In this document: positions 9,350 to 19,800 of the stretch, in pieces
How positions within the stretch are numbered: the first letter of the stretch is position 1
Layout: each line of letters opens with the position of its first letter
DNA from: an uncultured virus (IMG/VR IMGVR_UViG_3300023172_002538)
Taxonomy: Duplodnaviria > Heunggongvirae > Uroviricota > Caudoviricetes
Length of the DNA: 64,000 nucleotides
Virus record (IMG/VR): IMGVR_UViG_3300023172_002538
Strand: one strand, 5' to 3'
Translations under genes and position numbers: made by a program
The notes under the pieces: generated by a model
Told to the model about the DNA's origin: nothing
What the model saw: the letters and a program-made list of their open reading frames with translations, nothing else
Database searches by the model: none

Positions 9350-10105
9350 ATGGCATCACCTACAACACGCAACGAACTGATTGATTTTTGCTTGCGCAGA
9401 CTCGGAGAGCCTGTGCTTGAAATCAACGTGGACGTTGATCAGATTGAAGATAAAGTAGATGATGCGATTCAAAAATATCAAGAGTTTCACAGTGATGCTA
9501 CGATTCGAACTTATCTGAAGCACCAAATCACTGCGACTGATGTGGCGAACAAGTACATTCCTGTTTCGTCTGACATTATTTTTGTTTCGAAAGTATTTCC
9601 GATCTCTACTACATTCAGCACCACAGGTAATCTTTTTGATATTCGCTATCAGATGTTCTTAAACAATATGGGCGACTTCATTAATTTTGCTGGTGACTTA
9701 TCTTATCTGTATCAGATGGAACAGTACTTAAGTATGATCGACATGCAGTTGCATGGTCATCCTCAAGTAACGTTCTCTCGTAGACAGAATCGTCTTTATG
9801 TGTTTGGCGATTTTGAAGACGAAGATTTGCAAGAAGGAGATTATTTGGTTGCAGAGATTTATCAAACCATTGATCCCGAAACACATACAAGCATCTACAA
9901 TGATATGTTTATCAAAGACTATACGACCGCTTTGATCAAACAACAATGGGGTGCTAATCTCAGTAAATTCGAAGGTATGCAATTACCTGGTGGAGTTACG
10001 ATGAACGGTCGTCAAATCTACGAAGACGCAACGGCTGACATTGAACGACTTGAAGAGAAACTGAGAAACGAACAAGAACTTCCGGTCGATTTCTTTGTAG
10101 GGTAA
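9350..10105 (+). CDS. gp13: neck protein gp13
   Basis: LRRLGEPVLEINVD, KQQWGANLSKFEGMQLPGGVTMNG. Confidence 0.92.
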   Translation: MASPTTRNELIDFCLRRLGEPVLEINVDVDQIEDKVDDAIQKYQEFHSDATIRTYLKHQITATDVANKYIPVSSDIIFVSKVFPISTTFSTTGNLFDIRYQMFLNNMGDFINFAGDLSYLYQMEQYLSMIDMQLHGHPQVTFSRRQNRLYVFGDFEDEDLQEGDYLVAEIYQTIDPETHTSIYNDMFIKDYTTALIKQQWGANLSKFEGMQLPGGVTMNGRQIYEDATADIERLEEKLRNEQELPVDFFVG

Positions 10106-10106
10106 G

Positions 10107-10994
10107 ATGGCGACGAATAGGTATTTCAGACAAGGTGCGACATCGGAGCAGATTCTCTATGAAGATTTAATCATCGAGTCTCTTAAGATATATGGTCAAG
10201 ATGTTTACTACCTGCCTCGCGAGATAGTCAAAAGAGACACAATCTTTGGCGACGATTCGACTTCGCGTTTTGATAATGCCTATCGATTAGAAATGTATAT
10301 TGAAAACGTCGAAGGATTCGACGGCGAGGGTGATCTGTTCACAAAGTTTGGTGTAGAAATTCGTGATGCCGCAACGTTCATTGTAGCACGGCGTCGATGG
10401 AAAAGTCAAGTACAATTCTACGAAAATACTGATGAAAAGCCCATGTATCGTCCACGCGAGGGCGATCTGATCTATCTCACGCTGTCAGATTCTTTCTTTG
10501 AGATTACAAAGGTAGAGACTGAGAATCCATTCTATCAGTTAAAAGATTTGCCTGTCTTTAGAATTCGTGCAGAACTCTTTGAGTACAATGATGAAGACTT
10601 TGATACAGGTCTTGATCTCGATGACATTGAACAACAAGCATTCCAGAGACTGGTCACATTTGATCTTGCGAACATGACAGGTAAATTTGAAGTGGGCGAC
10701 ACGTTGACACAGACAAATCCAAATGGCTTCACTATTACAGGTGATGTTGTGAAGATTGATGCTTCGATTCCTTCGTCGTATAAAGTCTATATTGCTCACG
10801 CAGGCGCAGATGATGGTGCGTATCATACATTCAGTGCTGACTATCGTATTGAAAACGAAGACGGTATTGGTGGAAAACCTTCTATAGTGAATCAAGAAAT
10901 ACTAGAAGAAGGTGCGCAGAACACAGACTTCGACACTGAAGCGTCTGGCATCATCGATTTCTCTGAATCTAATCCGTTTGGAGATCCTGCATAA
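10107..10994 (+). CDS. gp14: neck protein gp14
   Basis: EDLIIESLKIYGQDVYYLPRE, KFGVEIRD, PREGDLIY, DFSESNPFG. Confidence 0.92.
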   Translation: MATNRYFRQGATSEQILYEDLIIESLKIYGQDVYYLPREIVKRDTIFGDDSTSRFDNAYRLEMYIENVEGFDGEGDLFTKFGVEIRDAATFIVARRRWKSQVQFYENTDEKPMYRPREGDLIYLTLSDSFFEITKVETENPFYQLKDLPVFRIRAELFEYNDEDFDTGLDLDDIEQQAFQRLVTFDLANMTGKFEVGDTLTQTNPNGFTITGDVVKIDASIPSSYKVYIAHAGADDGAYHTFSADYRIENEDGIGGKPSIVNQEILEEGAQNTDFDTEASGIIDFSESNPFGDPA

Positions 10995-12376
10995 TGTTTG
11001 GCACTTACTTCTATCATCAAAGAATTCGAAAAGCAGTGGCTGTGTTTGGCTCGCTGTTTAATAATCTAAATGTTCTTAGAACAAATGCGGCTGGTGATAT
11101 TATCAGTCAAGTTAAGGTGCCTTTATCTTATGCACCCAAGAGAGACTTTCTGGCTAGAATCGACGCAATGAACAACGGCGAAGAGGCTGAGCGTCAGATC
11201 GCAATCAAGTTGCCAAGAATGTCCTTTGAAATTATGTCGATGAACTACGATGCTACTCGACAGTTACCTAAGATGAATAAGTGTGTGACGTTTCCTGATA
11301 ACTTTTCGGGAAGTGCACAAGAGATTTACACACCAGTACCCTACTCGATTGGCTTTCAACTGAACGTATACGCAAAGTCGCAAGACGATGCACTACAAAT
11401 TGTAGAGCAAATCTTGCCCTACTTTACGCCTCAGTACACCGTTACAGTCAAGCCACTTTCTGATTTTGACACGAAAGAAGATACGCCGATCACACTAACT
11501 GGTATTACGTTCCAAGACGATTACGATGGACCATTAGAAGCGCGTAGAACGATTATATACACACTCGACTTTGAAATGAAGTTGAGTCTGTATAAAAATG
11601 TTTCGTCTTCCAGTTCGATCATTACACAAGCCACTGTTAACTTTTACGAAATTGATAAGACTGATATTCTATCGTCTGTTGTTCTTGATTCGTTCACTAC
11701 AGAAGGTCTGAGCGGTAAGATTGCAGAAGATGATGGTACGTTAACAAACAACAATTTTAAGATTCGATTTGCACCAAGAGAAATTACTTCAATAGAAGTG
11801 TCATCAAATCCACAGAATGGAACAGCCACAGCATCACTGACATCAAATACAACAACCACAACTGGTCGTATTACTGCGAACGGTTCATGGTCTTATACAC
11901 CGAACGCTGACTGGCACGGCACAGACACATTTACAATTCGTGCTAACATTACTGGTGGTGGTAGCGTAGAGCGTACAGTTACCGTTGTTGTTGGTCCGAC
12001 TGAACGTGACACATTCGATCAAACTGAATTTATTAATGTTGGTGCAGGTGAGGCGTTCCTTGATATCTTTGTAGGAACAACCGATCAATTTGAAACGACT
12101 GGCGGCGTAACATATTCTATTGCCGCTGGTGGATATCCAAACCATGGTTCTTTGTCAGTAACCAACGCAAATACTGGCGAATTTAAATATATACCAGATG
12201 CAGGCTTTGATGGCTCAGATAGTTTTGTTTACAGAGCGACTCCAGCTGGCGGCAAGTCTGAAGTAGGAATTGTTTCTATTACCGTTGTTTCAACAGCAAA
12301 CATTATGGCGGCTGAAAACGGAGAAATCTTAACAATCGAACAAGCTTCTGATGACATCTTAGAACTAGAACAATAA
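10994..12376 (+). CDS. gp15: tail sheath stabilizer / tail terminator gp15 with C-terminal Ig/cadherin-like extension
   Basis: VPLSYAPK, LPRMSFE, QDDALQIVEQILPYF, RRTIIYTLDF; tail repeats YTPNADWHGTDTFT and YIPDAGFDGSDSFVY. Confidence 0.88.
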   Translation: MFGTYFYHQRIRKAVAVFGSLFNNLNVLRTNAAGDIISQVKVPLSYAPKRDFLARIDAMNNGEEAERQIAIKLPRMSFEIMSMNYDATRQLPKMNKCVTFPDNFSGSAQEIYTPVPYSIGFQLNVYAKSQDDALQIVEQILPYFTPQYTVTVKPLSDFDTKEDTPITLTGITFQDDYDGPLEARRTIIYTLDFEMKLSLYKNVSSSSSIITQATVNFYEIDKTDILSSVVLDSFTTEGLSGKIAEDDGTLTNNNFKIRFAPREITSIEVSSNPQNGTATASLTSNTTTTTGRITANGSWSYTPNADWHGTDTFTIRANITGGGSVERTVTVVVGPTERDTFDQTEFINVGAGEAFLDIFVGTTDQFETTGGVTYSIAAGGYPNHGSLSVTNANTGEFKYIPDAGFDGSDSFVYRATPAGGKSEVGIVSITVVSTANIMAAENGEILTIEQASDDILELEQ

Positions 12377-12388
12377 CGAGGAATAGAA

Positions 12389-13123
12389 ATGGCAACTGTA
12401 AAAATATCGCAACTGGCACCAATGATCGGGACTCCTGATAGCGATGATTTTATTGCAATCGTTGACGCCAGTTTGTCAGAGACAAAAAGAATTCTGGTCA
12501 GTGATTTTCTTTCAGGAATTGATAGCGTTGCGAATGCAACATTTGCCATTCAAGCCACTTATGCTGATAGCGCACTTGATGCTAGATTTGCAGTTGTAGC
12601 AAATAGAGCATTTGTCGCTGATAGCGTTGCAGTTGCGGCTTCGGCATTAACTGCTGACGCCGCTGACAGTGCAACAAATGCAACGAATGCAATCCTTGCT
12701 CTAAGGGCAAACAGTGCTGACAGTGCGACAAACGCAACTTTCGCTAATTATGCTCAACGGGCTGAAACTGCCGACAGCGCCACAACAGCCGCTTTTGCAT
12801 TCAGAGCGGATTACTTAACGTTAGATAGTGTTGGTAACGCCACTTTCGCATTTACTGCTGACAGTGCAAATAGAGCAACGCGAGCAATTTTTGCTGATCG
12901 AGCAGGATTTGCAGATTATGTCAGTCAAGATAGCGACCTTATTTGGGGCGCCGCGGCGCCATCATCTGTTGATAGTGCACTTGATTATTTGAAAAACAAT
13001 CTGAATGCTTATTCTACTGACAGTGCTGCCCTCTGGACTGGTTCAGCACCAACAACGATTGATAGTGCTTTAGACAGATTGGCACTTGTTGTTAGAACAT
13101 TGAATGGCGGTACTGGCGCATAA
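12389..13123 (+). CDS. fibre-like virion protein with Ala-rich ADSA repeats (KISxL-family paralogue 1)
   Basis: MATVKISQL N-terminus, AxxAxx heptad-like ADSA repeats. Confidence 0.6.
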   Translation: MATVKISQLAPMIGTPDSDDFIAIVDASLSETKRILVSDFLSGIDSVANATFAIQATYADSALDARFAVVANRAFVADSVAVAASALTADAADSATNATNAILALRANSADSATNATFANYAQRAETADSATTAAFAFRADYLTLDSVGNATFAFTADSANRATRAIFADRAGFADYVSQDSDLIWGAAAPSSVDSALDYLKNNLNAYSTDSAALWTGSAPTTIDSALDRLALVVRTLNGGTGA

Positions 13124-13127
13124 CCTA

Positions 13128-13135
13128 TATAAATA
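13128..13135 (+). promoter_or_regulatory. T4-type late promoter
   Basis: Intergenic TATAAATA. Confidence 0.8.
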
Positions 13136-13164
13136 AGAGAAAGATTTTCAATTGAGGATATAAA

Positions 13165-13878
13165 ATGGCAATTGCAGGCGTTAAAATATCGAGTCTTCGG
13201 GAGCTGACTAATGCCGAAGATAATGATTACATCGTCATCAATGACTTTAGCACGACCACTACTAAGAAGATTAGTAGGGAAAATTTTCTTAGGAACTCTA
13301 CTAACGTAAGAGACTCTGGTGAGAATGGCGCGTTTATCCAAACGCTTACGTGCAACTCCCTTGACGTAAACGTGGATGCGGCTATTAATGGATCGACAAC
13401 TATTGGTGCTGATCTTAGTGTTAATGGCACCATTACTTTTGATAATCTAAAAGACGCTGTTGAGAACATTATCATCACTAAGTTTGTTGATGAAGCGGAC
13501 GGTATTTCGTCTAATGACGATGACGTTTCTATTCCTACATCTGCGGCTGTTAAAGATTACGTCGATGGTGCTGTATCTGACCATCGTGCAAAAATTGTAC
13601 ATGGCGAAACTCAGAATGGTTTGAGTCTTGTCAATCAACTGAAAGTCTATCAAACAGAATATGTAAAAGAAGTAGGCGCCTTTGAAGAAGGAATCTTTGA
13701 TTCGTTAATTGCACATGAGGTACAAGAGATTGTTCCTTATGTTGTGCTTGGTGAAAAAGATGCTGTACATCGTGACGGTAAGCCTAACTATCAGAAAATT
13801 AATTATCAGAAATTGGTACCCATATTGATCACTGCTATTCAGGAGTTGTCAAGACAAATTGAAGAACTTAGGAGCTAA
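13165..13878 (+). CDS. fibre protein with C-terminal peptidase-S74-like intramolecular chaperone (paralogue 2)
   Basis: SDHRAK, IAHEVQEIVP, INYQKLVPILITAIQELSRQIEEL. Confidence 0.7.
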   Translation: MAIAGVKISSLRELTNAEDNDYIVINDFSTTTTKKISRENFLRNSTNVRDSGENGAFIQTLTCNSLDVNVDAAINGSTTIGADLSVNGTITFDNLKDAVENIIITKFVDEADGISSNDDDVSIPTSAAVKDYVDGAVSDHRAKIVHGETQNGLSLVNQLKVYQTEYVKEVGAFEEGIFDSLIAHEVQEIVPYVVLGEKDAVHRDGKPNYQKINYQKLVPILITAIQELSRQIEELRS

Positions 13879-13881
13879 ACA

Positions 13882-15354
13882 ATGCCAGGCGTAAAGATTA
13901 CAGACTTAGAAGAATTAGCACAAGCGCCTGCTGATGATGACATTCTTGTCATTGTCGATCTTGATGCAAACGCTACTAAGTTTATTTCAGTTGAAAATCT
14001 TCTAGAGCCAGCAAGTGCGGCGGCATCTGCCGGCACTGCTGACAAACTTCTGATCGAAGCGACTGATGCAGATGTTACATTTTATCTGGGTATGTTTCCT
14101 AACGCGCCTGGCACACCAGCGGCAGACTCCTGTAAAGTTGATACTGACTTAAGATATAACGCACTTACAAACACGCTGACAACTGGATTCTTTGCAGGTA
14201 ACGGTGCTAATCTAACGGGCGTTCTTGCAGATAGTGCCGCAAGAGCAACAACTGCGATTGAAGCCCAACGAGCATTATTTGCAGAAGCCGCTCTAAGTGC
14301 TGATAGCGCAGACTTTGCGACTCAAGCAGTTTCAGCAGAACGAGCAGACAGTGCAACAAACGCGACCAATGCTGTGTTTGCAACAACTGCGAACTTTGCG
14401 TTTGGTGCTGACAGTGCAAACAGAGCGACCACAGCAATTCAAGCGGATCGCGCAACTCAAGCAGATAGTGCAATCAATGCCACTTTAGCAAATACTGCTT
14501 TGACTGCAAACTTTGCTATCGATGCAGATAGCGCAAACTATGCTACAACTGCTGGCTTTGCGCTAACTGCTGGCAATGCTGAAACTGCTGATAGTGCTGT
14601 CAATGCTACATTTGCAAACACCGCATTAACTGCTGAGAACGCAATTACTGCTGACAGTGCTATTAATGCATCGAATGCGGTATTAGCCGATGTTGCTGAA
14701 CTTGCTAGACGCCTTGGAAACTTTATTGATTCTGCAACAGGATCAAGAGCCCTTGGTGATCTGAAAGTAGATAGCGATTTGATTGTACAAGGCGACATTC
14801 GAAGCGTAAACGGAATTTTTTACGGTGATGGATCTGGCTTAACAAACGTTACTAGTACGACTGTGGCTTTGGCGACTCAGCAAACCGATGCCAAAGCTAT
14901 TGACTCGGCGGGCAAACACTATCTCATGTTGCGTACCGTAGAGTTAGGATATGATAGTGTTGCCACTACTGCACTTCTTACTTATGATCCCGCAACATTT
15001 ACACTCAGCGCAAATGCATTCTCTGGCGATGGCTCTAACTTAACAAACGTTACTGCTATTCAAGCGACCAACGCAGAAAACGTTGATGTAACAACTGTTG
15101 GCGATAGTGCGCTTTATTTTGTGCATTTAGGAAGTACCACATCTGGTAATGATAACGTCAACGTAAACACAAACCTAACCTACAATCCATTAAGAGGCAG
15201 ACTATCTGCAACAATTTTCGATACTGGCGAATGGGAAGTGTACGAGAGTGCGGGTAACTTAACTTTTGCACACAACGGTACGAAACAGATGAGTCTTTCT
15301 GAGAATGGTGATCTTGCTATTGCTGGCACACTGTCTCAAAGTGCAACAATATAA
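13882..15354 (+). CDS. fibre-like virion protein with ADSA repeats (paralogue 3)
   Basis: VKITDLEEL N-terminus, FxGDGSxLTxV fibre motifs, ADSA repeats. Confidence 0.65.
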   Translation: MPGVKITDLEELAQAPADDDILVIVDLDANATKFISVENLLEPASAAASAGTADKLLIEATDADVTFYLGMFPNAPGTPAADSCKVDTDLRYNALTNTLTTGFFAGNGANLTGVLADSAARATTAIEAQRALFAEAALSADSADFATQAVSAERADSATNATNAVFATTANFAFGADSANRATTAIQADRATQADSAINATLANTALTANFAIDADSANYATTAGFALTAGNAETADSAVNATFANTALTAENAITADSAINASNAVLADVAELARRLGNFIDSATGSRALGDLKVDSDLIVQGDIRSVNGIFYGDGSGLTNVTSTTVALATQQTDAKAIDSAGKHYLMLRTVELGYDSVATTALLTYDPATFTLSANAFSGDGSNLTNVTAIQATNAENVDVTTVGDSALYFVHLGSTTSGNDNVNVNTNLTYNPLRGRLSATIFDTGEWEVYESAGNLTFAHNGTKQMSLSENGDLAIAGTLSQSATI

Positions 15355-15357
15355 ATA
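15350..15357 (+). promoter_or_regulatory. T4-type late promoter
   Basis: TATAAATA overlapping the upstream stop codon. Confidence 0.75.
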
Positions 15358-15387
15358 TTGACAGCCGCAAAGTATTGAGGAAATAAA

Positions 15388-16809
15388 ATGGCAGACATTA
15401 GAATTTCAGAATTGCAAGAATTGATCAACGTTCAAGACAGTGACGTTCTTGTGATCAATGATATTACTGCGGCTACTACCAAAAAGATTACTCGTGATCG
15501 CTTTCTTGTAGGCATCACACGGAACGTTTTTGACTCCGCAAATAACGCAGTTGTAAAGCAAGACTTAAAGGTCAACAACGATCTGATCGTTGGTGGTGAT
15601 ATCGAAGCGACAGGTGATATTTCGTTTGGTTCATTGACCGACGTTACTGCTGGTATTACAGCACTTCGATTTATTGGCACTGGTATTGAAAATAATGACA
15701 GTAATGGTGCTATTCCAACTGCGGCGGCTGTTGCTGATTATCTCGATTACTTCTTGCAGGATCTTTATGACTCTGCTACACTACCAGTCACGCTCAATGC
15801 GTTGACAGATGTTAGTATTGTCACGCCACTCGCAAATGAAGTTCTAAAGTACGATGGCTCAAACTGGATCAATGCGATTGACTCTGCGGGTATTACAAAT
15901 CTTGGTGCACTTGATGATGTAATCATTTCAAGTCTTACTGACGGTCAGGCACTGAAGTATAATGGATCTTACTGGGTAAACGCAACTGACTCAGCCGGTC
16001 CAACTAATCTTTATCAGCTAGACGATATTTTTATCGACTCAGCACTGTCGGCTAATCCTCTTACGACTGGACAAGTTCTCAAGTGGAACGGAACTAAGTG
16101 GGCTAACGCTAACGACTCTAGCGGTGGTGGCGGTGGTGCTGGCGGTGGACTCGACAGTGCGCTGACATTGCAACTGATTAGTTCGTCTGTCAATCTGAAT
16201 ACGCTTTCTGGTGTAGCAATCTCTGCACCCTCGACAAATCAGGTTCTCAAGTACAATGGGTCTCAGTGGGTAAATGCCGCTGACTCTGTTGGTGCTGGCG
16301 GAAGTAATGCTCTCAACGATTTGACCGATGTTGTCATCTCAACACCTAGCACGAATCAAGTTCTGAAGTATAATGGTTCTAACTGGGTAAATGCGGCTGA
16401 CTCCGTTGGCGGAGCTGGCGCTGGTTTATCGTCTCGCGGCACATTCAATACTGTCACCGCTTCGTTGAGCAATAATGACTCAGTAGACGTGAACATTACT
16501 GGAGCATATAAAGGTTATTCGATGCTCAAGATTCAAACAGACGTTGCGGCATGGGTAAGAGTCTACACTGATTCGGCTTCGCGTACTGCTGATCTCGGTC
16601 GGCTTTCGTCAGAAGATCCAGCACCAGGCTCTGGTGTTGTAACTGAGGTAATCACATCGGGTGCAGAGACAATCAACTTGGCTCCTGGACCTATCGGCTT
16701 TAACAATTCGTCGCCCGTAACTGACACTATTCCTATCAAGATCGTAAATCTAAGTGGAGGTGCATCCGCGGTCGACGTTACACTTACGGCGTTGAAGCTT
16801 GAAGCATGA
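15388..16809 (+). CDS. fibre-like virion protein with five LxxLxDV...QVLKYNGSxWVNAxDS repeats (paralogue 4)
   Basis: IRISELQEL N-terminus; five repeats of about 35 aa. Confidence 0.65.
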   Translation: MADIRISELQELINVQDSDVLVINDITAATTKKITRDRFLVGITRNVFDSANNAVVKQDLKVNNDLIVGGDIEATGDISFGSLTDVTAGITALRFIGTGIENNDSNGAIPTAAAVADYLDYFLQDLYDSATLPVTLNALTDVSIVTPLANEVLKYDGSNWINAIDSAGITNLGALDDVIISSLTDGQALKYNGSYWVNATDSAGPTNLYQLDDIFIDSALSANPLTTGQVLKWNGTKWANANDSSGGGGGAGGGLDSALTLQLISSSVNLNTLSGVAISAPSTNQVLKYNGSQWVNAADSVGAGGSNALNDLTDVVISTPSTNQVLKYNGSNWVNAADSVGGAGAGLSSRGTFNTVTASLSNNDSVDVNITGAYKGYSMLKIQTDVAAWVRVYTDSASRTADLGRLSSEDPAPGSGVVTEVITSGAETINLAPGPIGFNNSSPVTDTIPIKIVNLSGGASAVDVTLTALKLEA

Positions 16810-19800
16810 CATTAAAAGTCTATCACGTCATATTGCATCGTACAGAGGATCTGGATGCATTTTATGCTGATATGGAGACGCCGGGAGGCTATCTCCATAT
16901 ACCAGATCGTGCTGTTGATTATGCCGCAAGGCTTCCTTTCAGTAAAGTCACTGCATATCGTCTAACAGACGAAGAAGCGGAACAAGTAAAACAAGATCCT
17001 CGTGTTCGTGCAGTTGAACCTGCACTTGAAGACCACGGCATTTTTGCGAAGCCCACTTGGACCGATACTGGTCAATGGCGCAAAGATGACGGCGCAAACG
17101 CAACAAACAGTCAACAAAACTGGGCTTTGTATCAGTGTACCCGAGATACAATCTCTACCACATATGGCACAGACGGCACAGCACTTGTCATATCACAAAC
17201 TTCAGCCAATGCTGAAGGAAAAGACGTTGATGTCATTGTTGTCGATGGCATTCCCAATTTAGATCACCCAGAATTTGCTGTCAATGCTGACGGCACGGGT
17301 GGATCACGCATCATTCAATACAACTGGTTTCAACATACTGATTCTGTTACGGGCGGTGCATATGCAAATGGAACGTGGGATTATACTACAGAATCGCTAG
17401 GTGATTCAGAAAACAATAACCATGGCACACACGTCATGGGCACAGTTGCGGGTAATAGACAGGGTTGGGCACGAAAAGCAAATCTGTACTCGATCAGTCC
17501 GTATGGTTCTAACTACAATTGGACATCTACTGGCATTAGTTCTAGTTATGTATTTGACTACGTACGAGCGTTTCATCGAAATAAAAGCATCAATCCTAGA
17601 ACTGGTCGAAAGAATCCAACGATTATTAACAACAGTTGGGGTTACTCGTACCCTGATACAGGCAATATCATCGACTCAGCTGGATCAGTAGAGCGAATTG
17701 TCTTTCGAGGAACAACGTACAACGGTCCCTTTACGACCGAGCAAATGCTAAACTATGGTGTTCCACCTTATTGGGCTTACACAAAAGCCGCGGTCGACGC
17801 TGGTATTCCTATTGAAGTTGCTGATGGTGTCTATACCACTCCGCCAGCAAAAGTCACAAGCATTGGATGGAAGCTTACAACTCCCGCAACAAAAACACAA
17901 GAGTGCATCGACGATGGAATCATTGTGGTTTCTGCGGCGGGTAACAGTTCTCAGTACATTGATTCGTCGAATGGCGATGATTATAATAATAAGTTGTTTT
18001 TAAAATATAATGCGTTTCCTGCTACCATCTCTGCATTTCAAGGAGCGAGCGATTCAGCGATATACTATCATCGAGGGTCAGCACCCGGAAATACTTCGTT
18101 GTGTATTGGTAATGCATCCATCTATCAAAACAATCAGAGAGAATTTTCAAGCAACTTCGGTCCTAGAATCGATCTCTTTGCGCCTGGTGATGAGATCATT
18201 AGCGCAATTCGTCACAATGATTTTTATGACAACATCGTAACTGATCCAAGAAATGCATCATACTATTACGGAATCATTGGTGGCACAAGTATGTCTGCAC
18301 CTCAGGTGACAGGTGTTCTTGCATCTATTCTTCAGATTAATCCAGACTTTAGACAAGCAGACGCAAAGAGATACATTCAAGGCACAGCATTCACAGGTGC
18401 GATGTTCGATTCTTCAACTGATTGGGGAAATGTCACAACGTATGGCTGGAATACTCTTTATGCTTTGAGTACAGATTTAAAAGATACAGTTGACTTGTAT
18501 CTTCGTTATAGAGAAGAACGTGCAAGTGTTGGTGTCACACTTCCAAAAATAAATAATAGAGAAAGACCAACAACGGGTGTTCTTTGGCCTAGACCTAAAG
18601 TTATTAAGACACGCAGAAGCACTGGTGATATTCTTTATCCTTCGCCTGATGCTGATCTTGCACTAGCACCGCTTGACGCTCAAACTTCATATGCGGGTAC
18701 TTTCACGGCTAACTTTGTGGGCGATTCTGCTATTACATATACGGGTGACTTCACAACTGATTACACAAGTATTGACATATACGTCAATGACAGCACAGGA
18801 CTAGATTATAGCCCAGCCTATGCGAGTGGTTATATTGGCGACTTTACTGCTGTTTATACGGGAAATTATCTTGGAGCGTATGAAGGAAATTATAATCTAA
18901 CTTATGCAAGTACAGCGTATCTAAGTCGTTATAGTGCGACAGACTACATTGGGTCGGATGGTTCATATGAAACCAGTTATAATAGCTTTTACGAAGGTCC
19001 ATCGGGCACCTATTTAGCAACTTACGTGGGCACGATGGCGTACTTTGGTGATTATGTGGTATCACCCGACGAACTAGATTACACTACTGACTACGGCGTT
19101 GGCATAAAGTATACGGGAGATTATCAAGGTCCTGCACATCCGGGCTTTGAAACAAATTATATTGGTTCTTATCAGTCTGAAGTTCAAGAAGGTGGTGGCA
19201 CGTTCTTGGATTCAGTAACATACTCCGGTAACTTTATTAGTGATTACTCAAATCCAACAGACTATGTATCTGATTATACAGGTAACTATGTAGCAAACTA
19301 CCTTGCTACTATTATAGTTTACTCGTCTGAGTATATTTCCAATTACGCCGGTAATTATACTCTTGAAGGCTATACTGGAGACTTTCTTGCCAACTTTACT
19401 GGAACTGAAGCATATACTTCAGACAGTGCGGGTGACGGCGCTATCATAATTTCAGATTATCTGGGAACATATACTGGAAACTATGTTGACTCTGGTGATG
19501 CATCATACATTGGATCTTACTTGGGCGACTTCAGTGCGAATTACACAGGTAACTTCTCATCTAATCTAGAATACACTGGTGGAGATGGCGGCACATATTT
19601 GGGCGCATATCTAGGAAACTTTAGTGCGATTTACACAGGCAATTATGTCGGTGGGGCTTACCAGGCAACTTATGTCGGTGCATCGAACACTTCGTTGAAT
19701 GTAACGAACAATGGTGCTTCTAACTACATTATTGATAGTGCATCGAACCCAACGTTGACACTTGAAAGAGACACTACATATACATTTAACTTAAGTGTCG

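Noticed and set aside
16200..16420. Duplicated segments in the 15388 gene as a possible DGR template/variable repeat pair
   Set aside because: They are in-frame tandem protein repeats with mostly synonymous differences, not adenine-specific ones, and no reverse transcriptase is present in the window.
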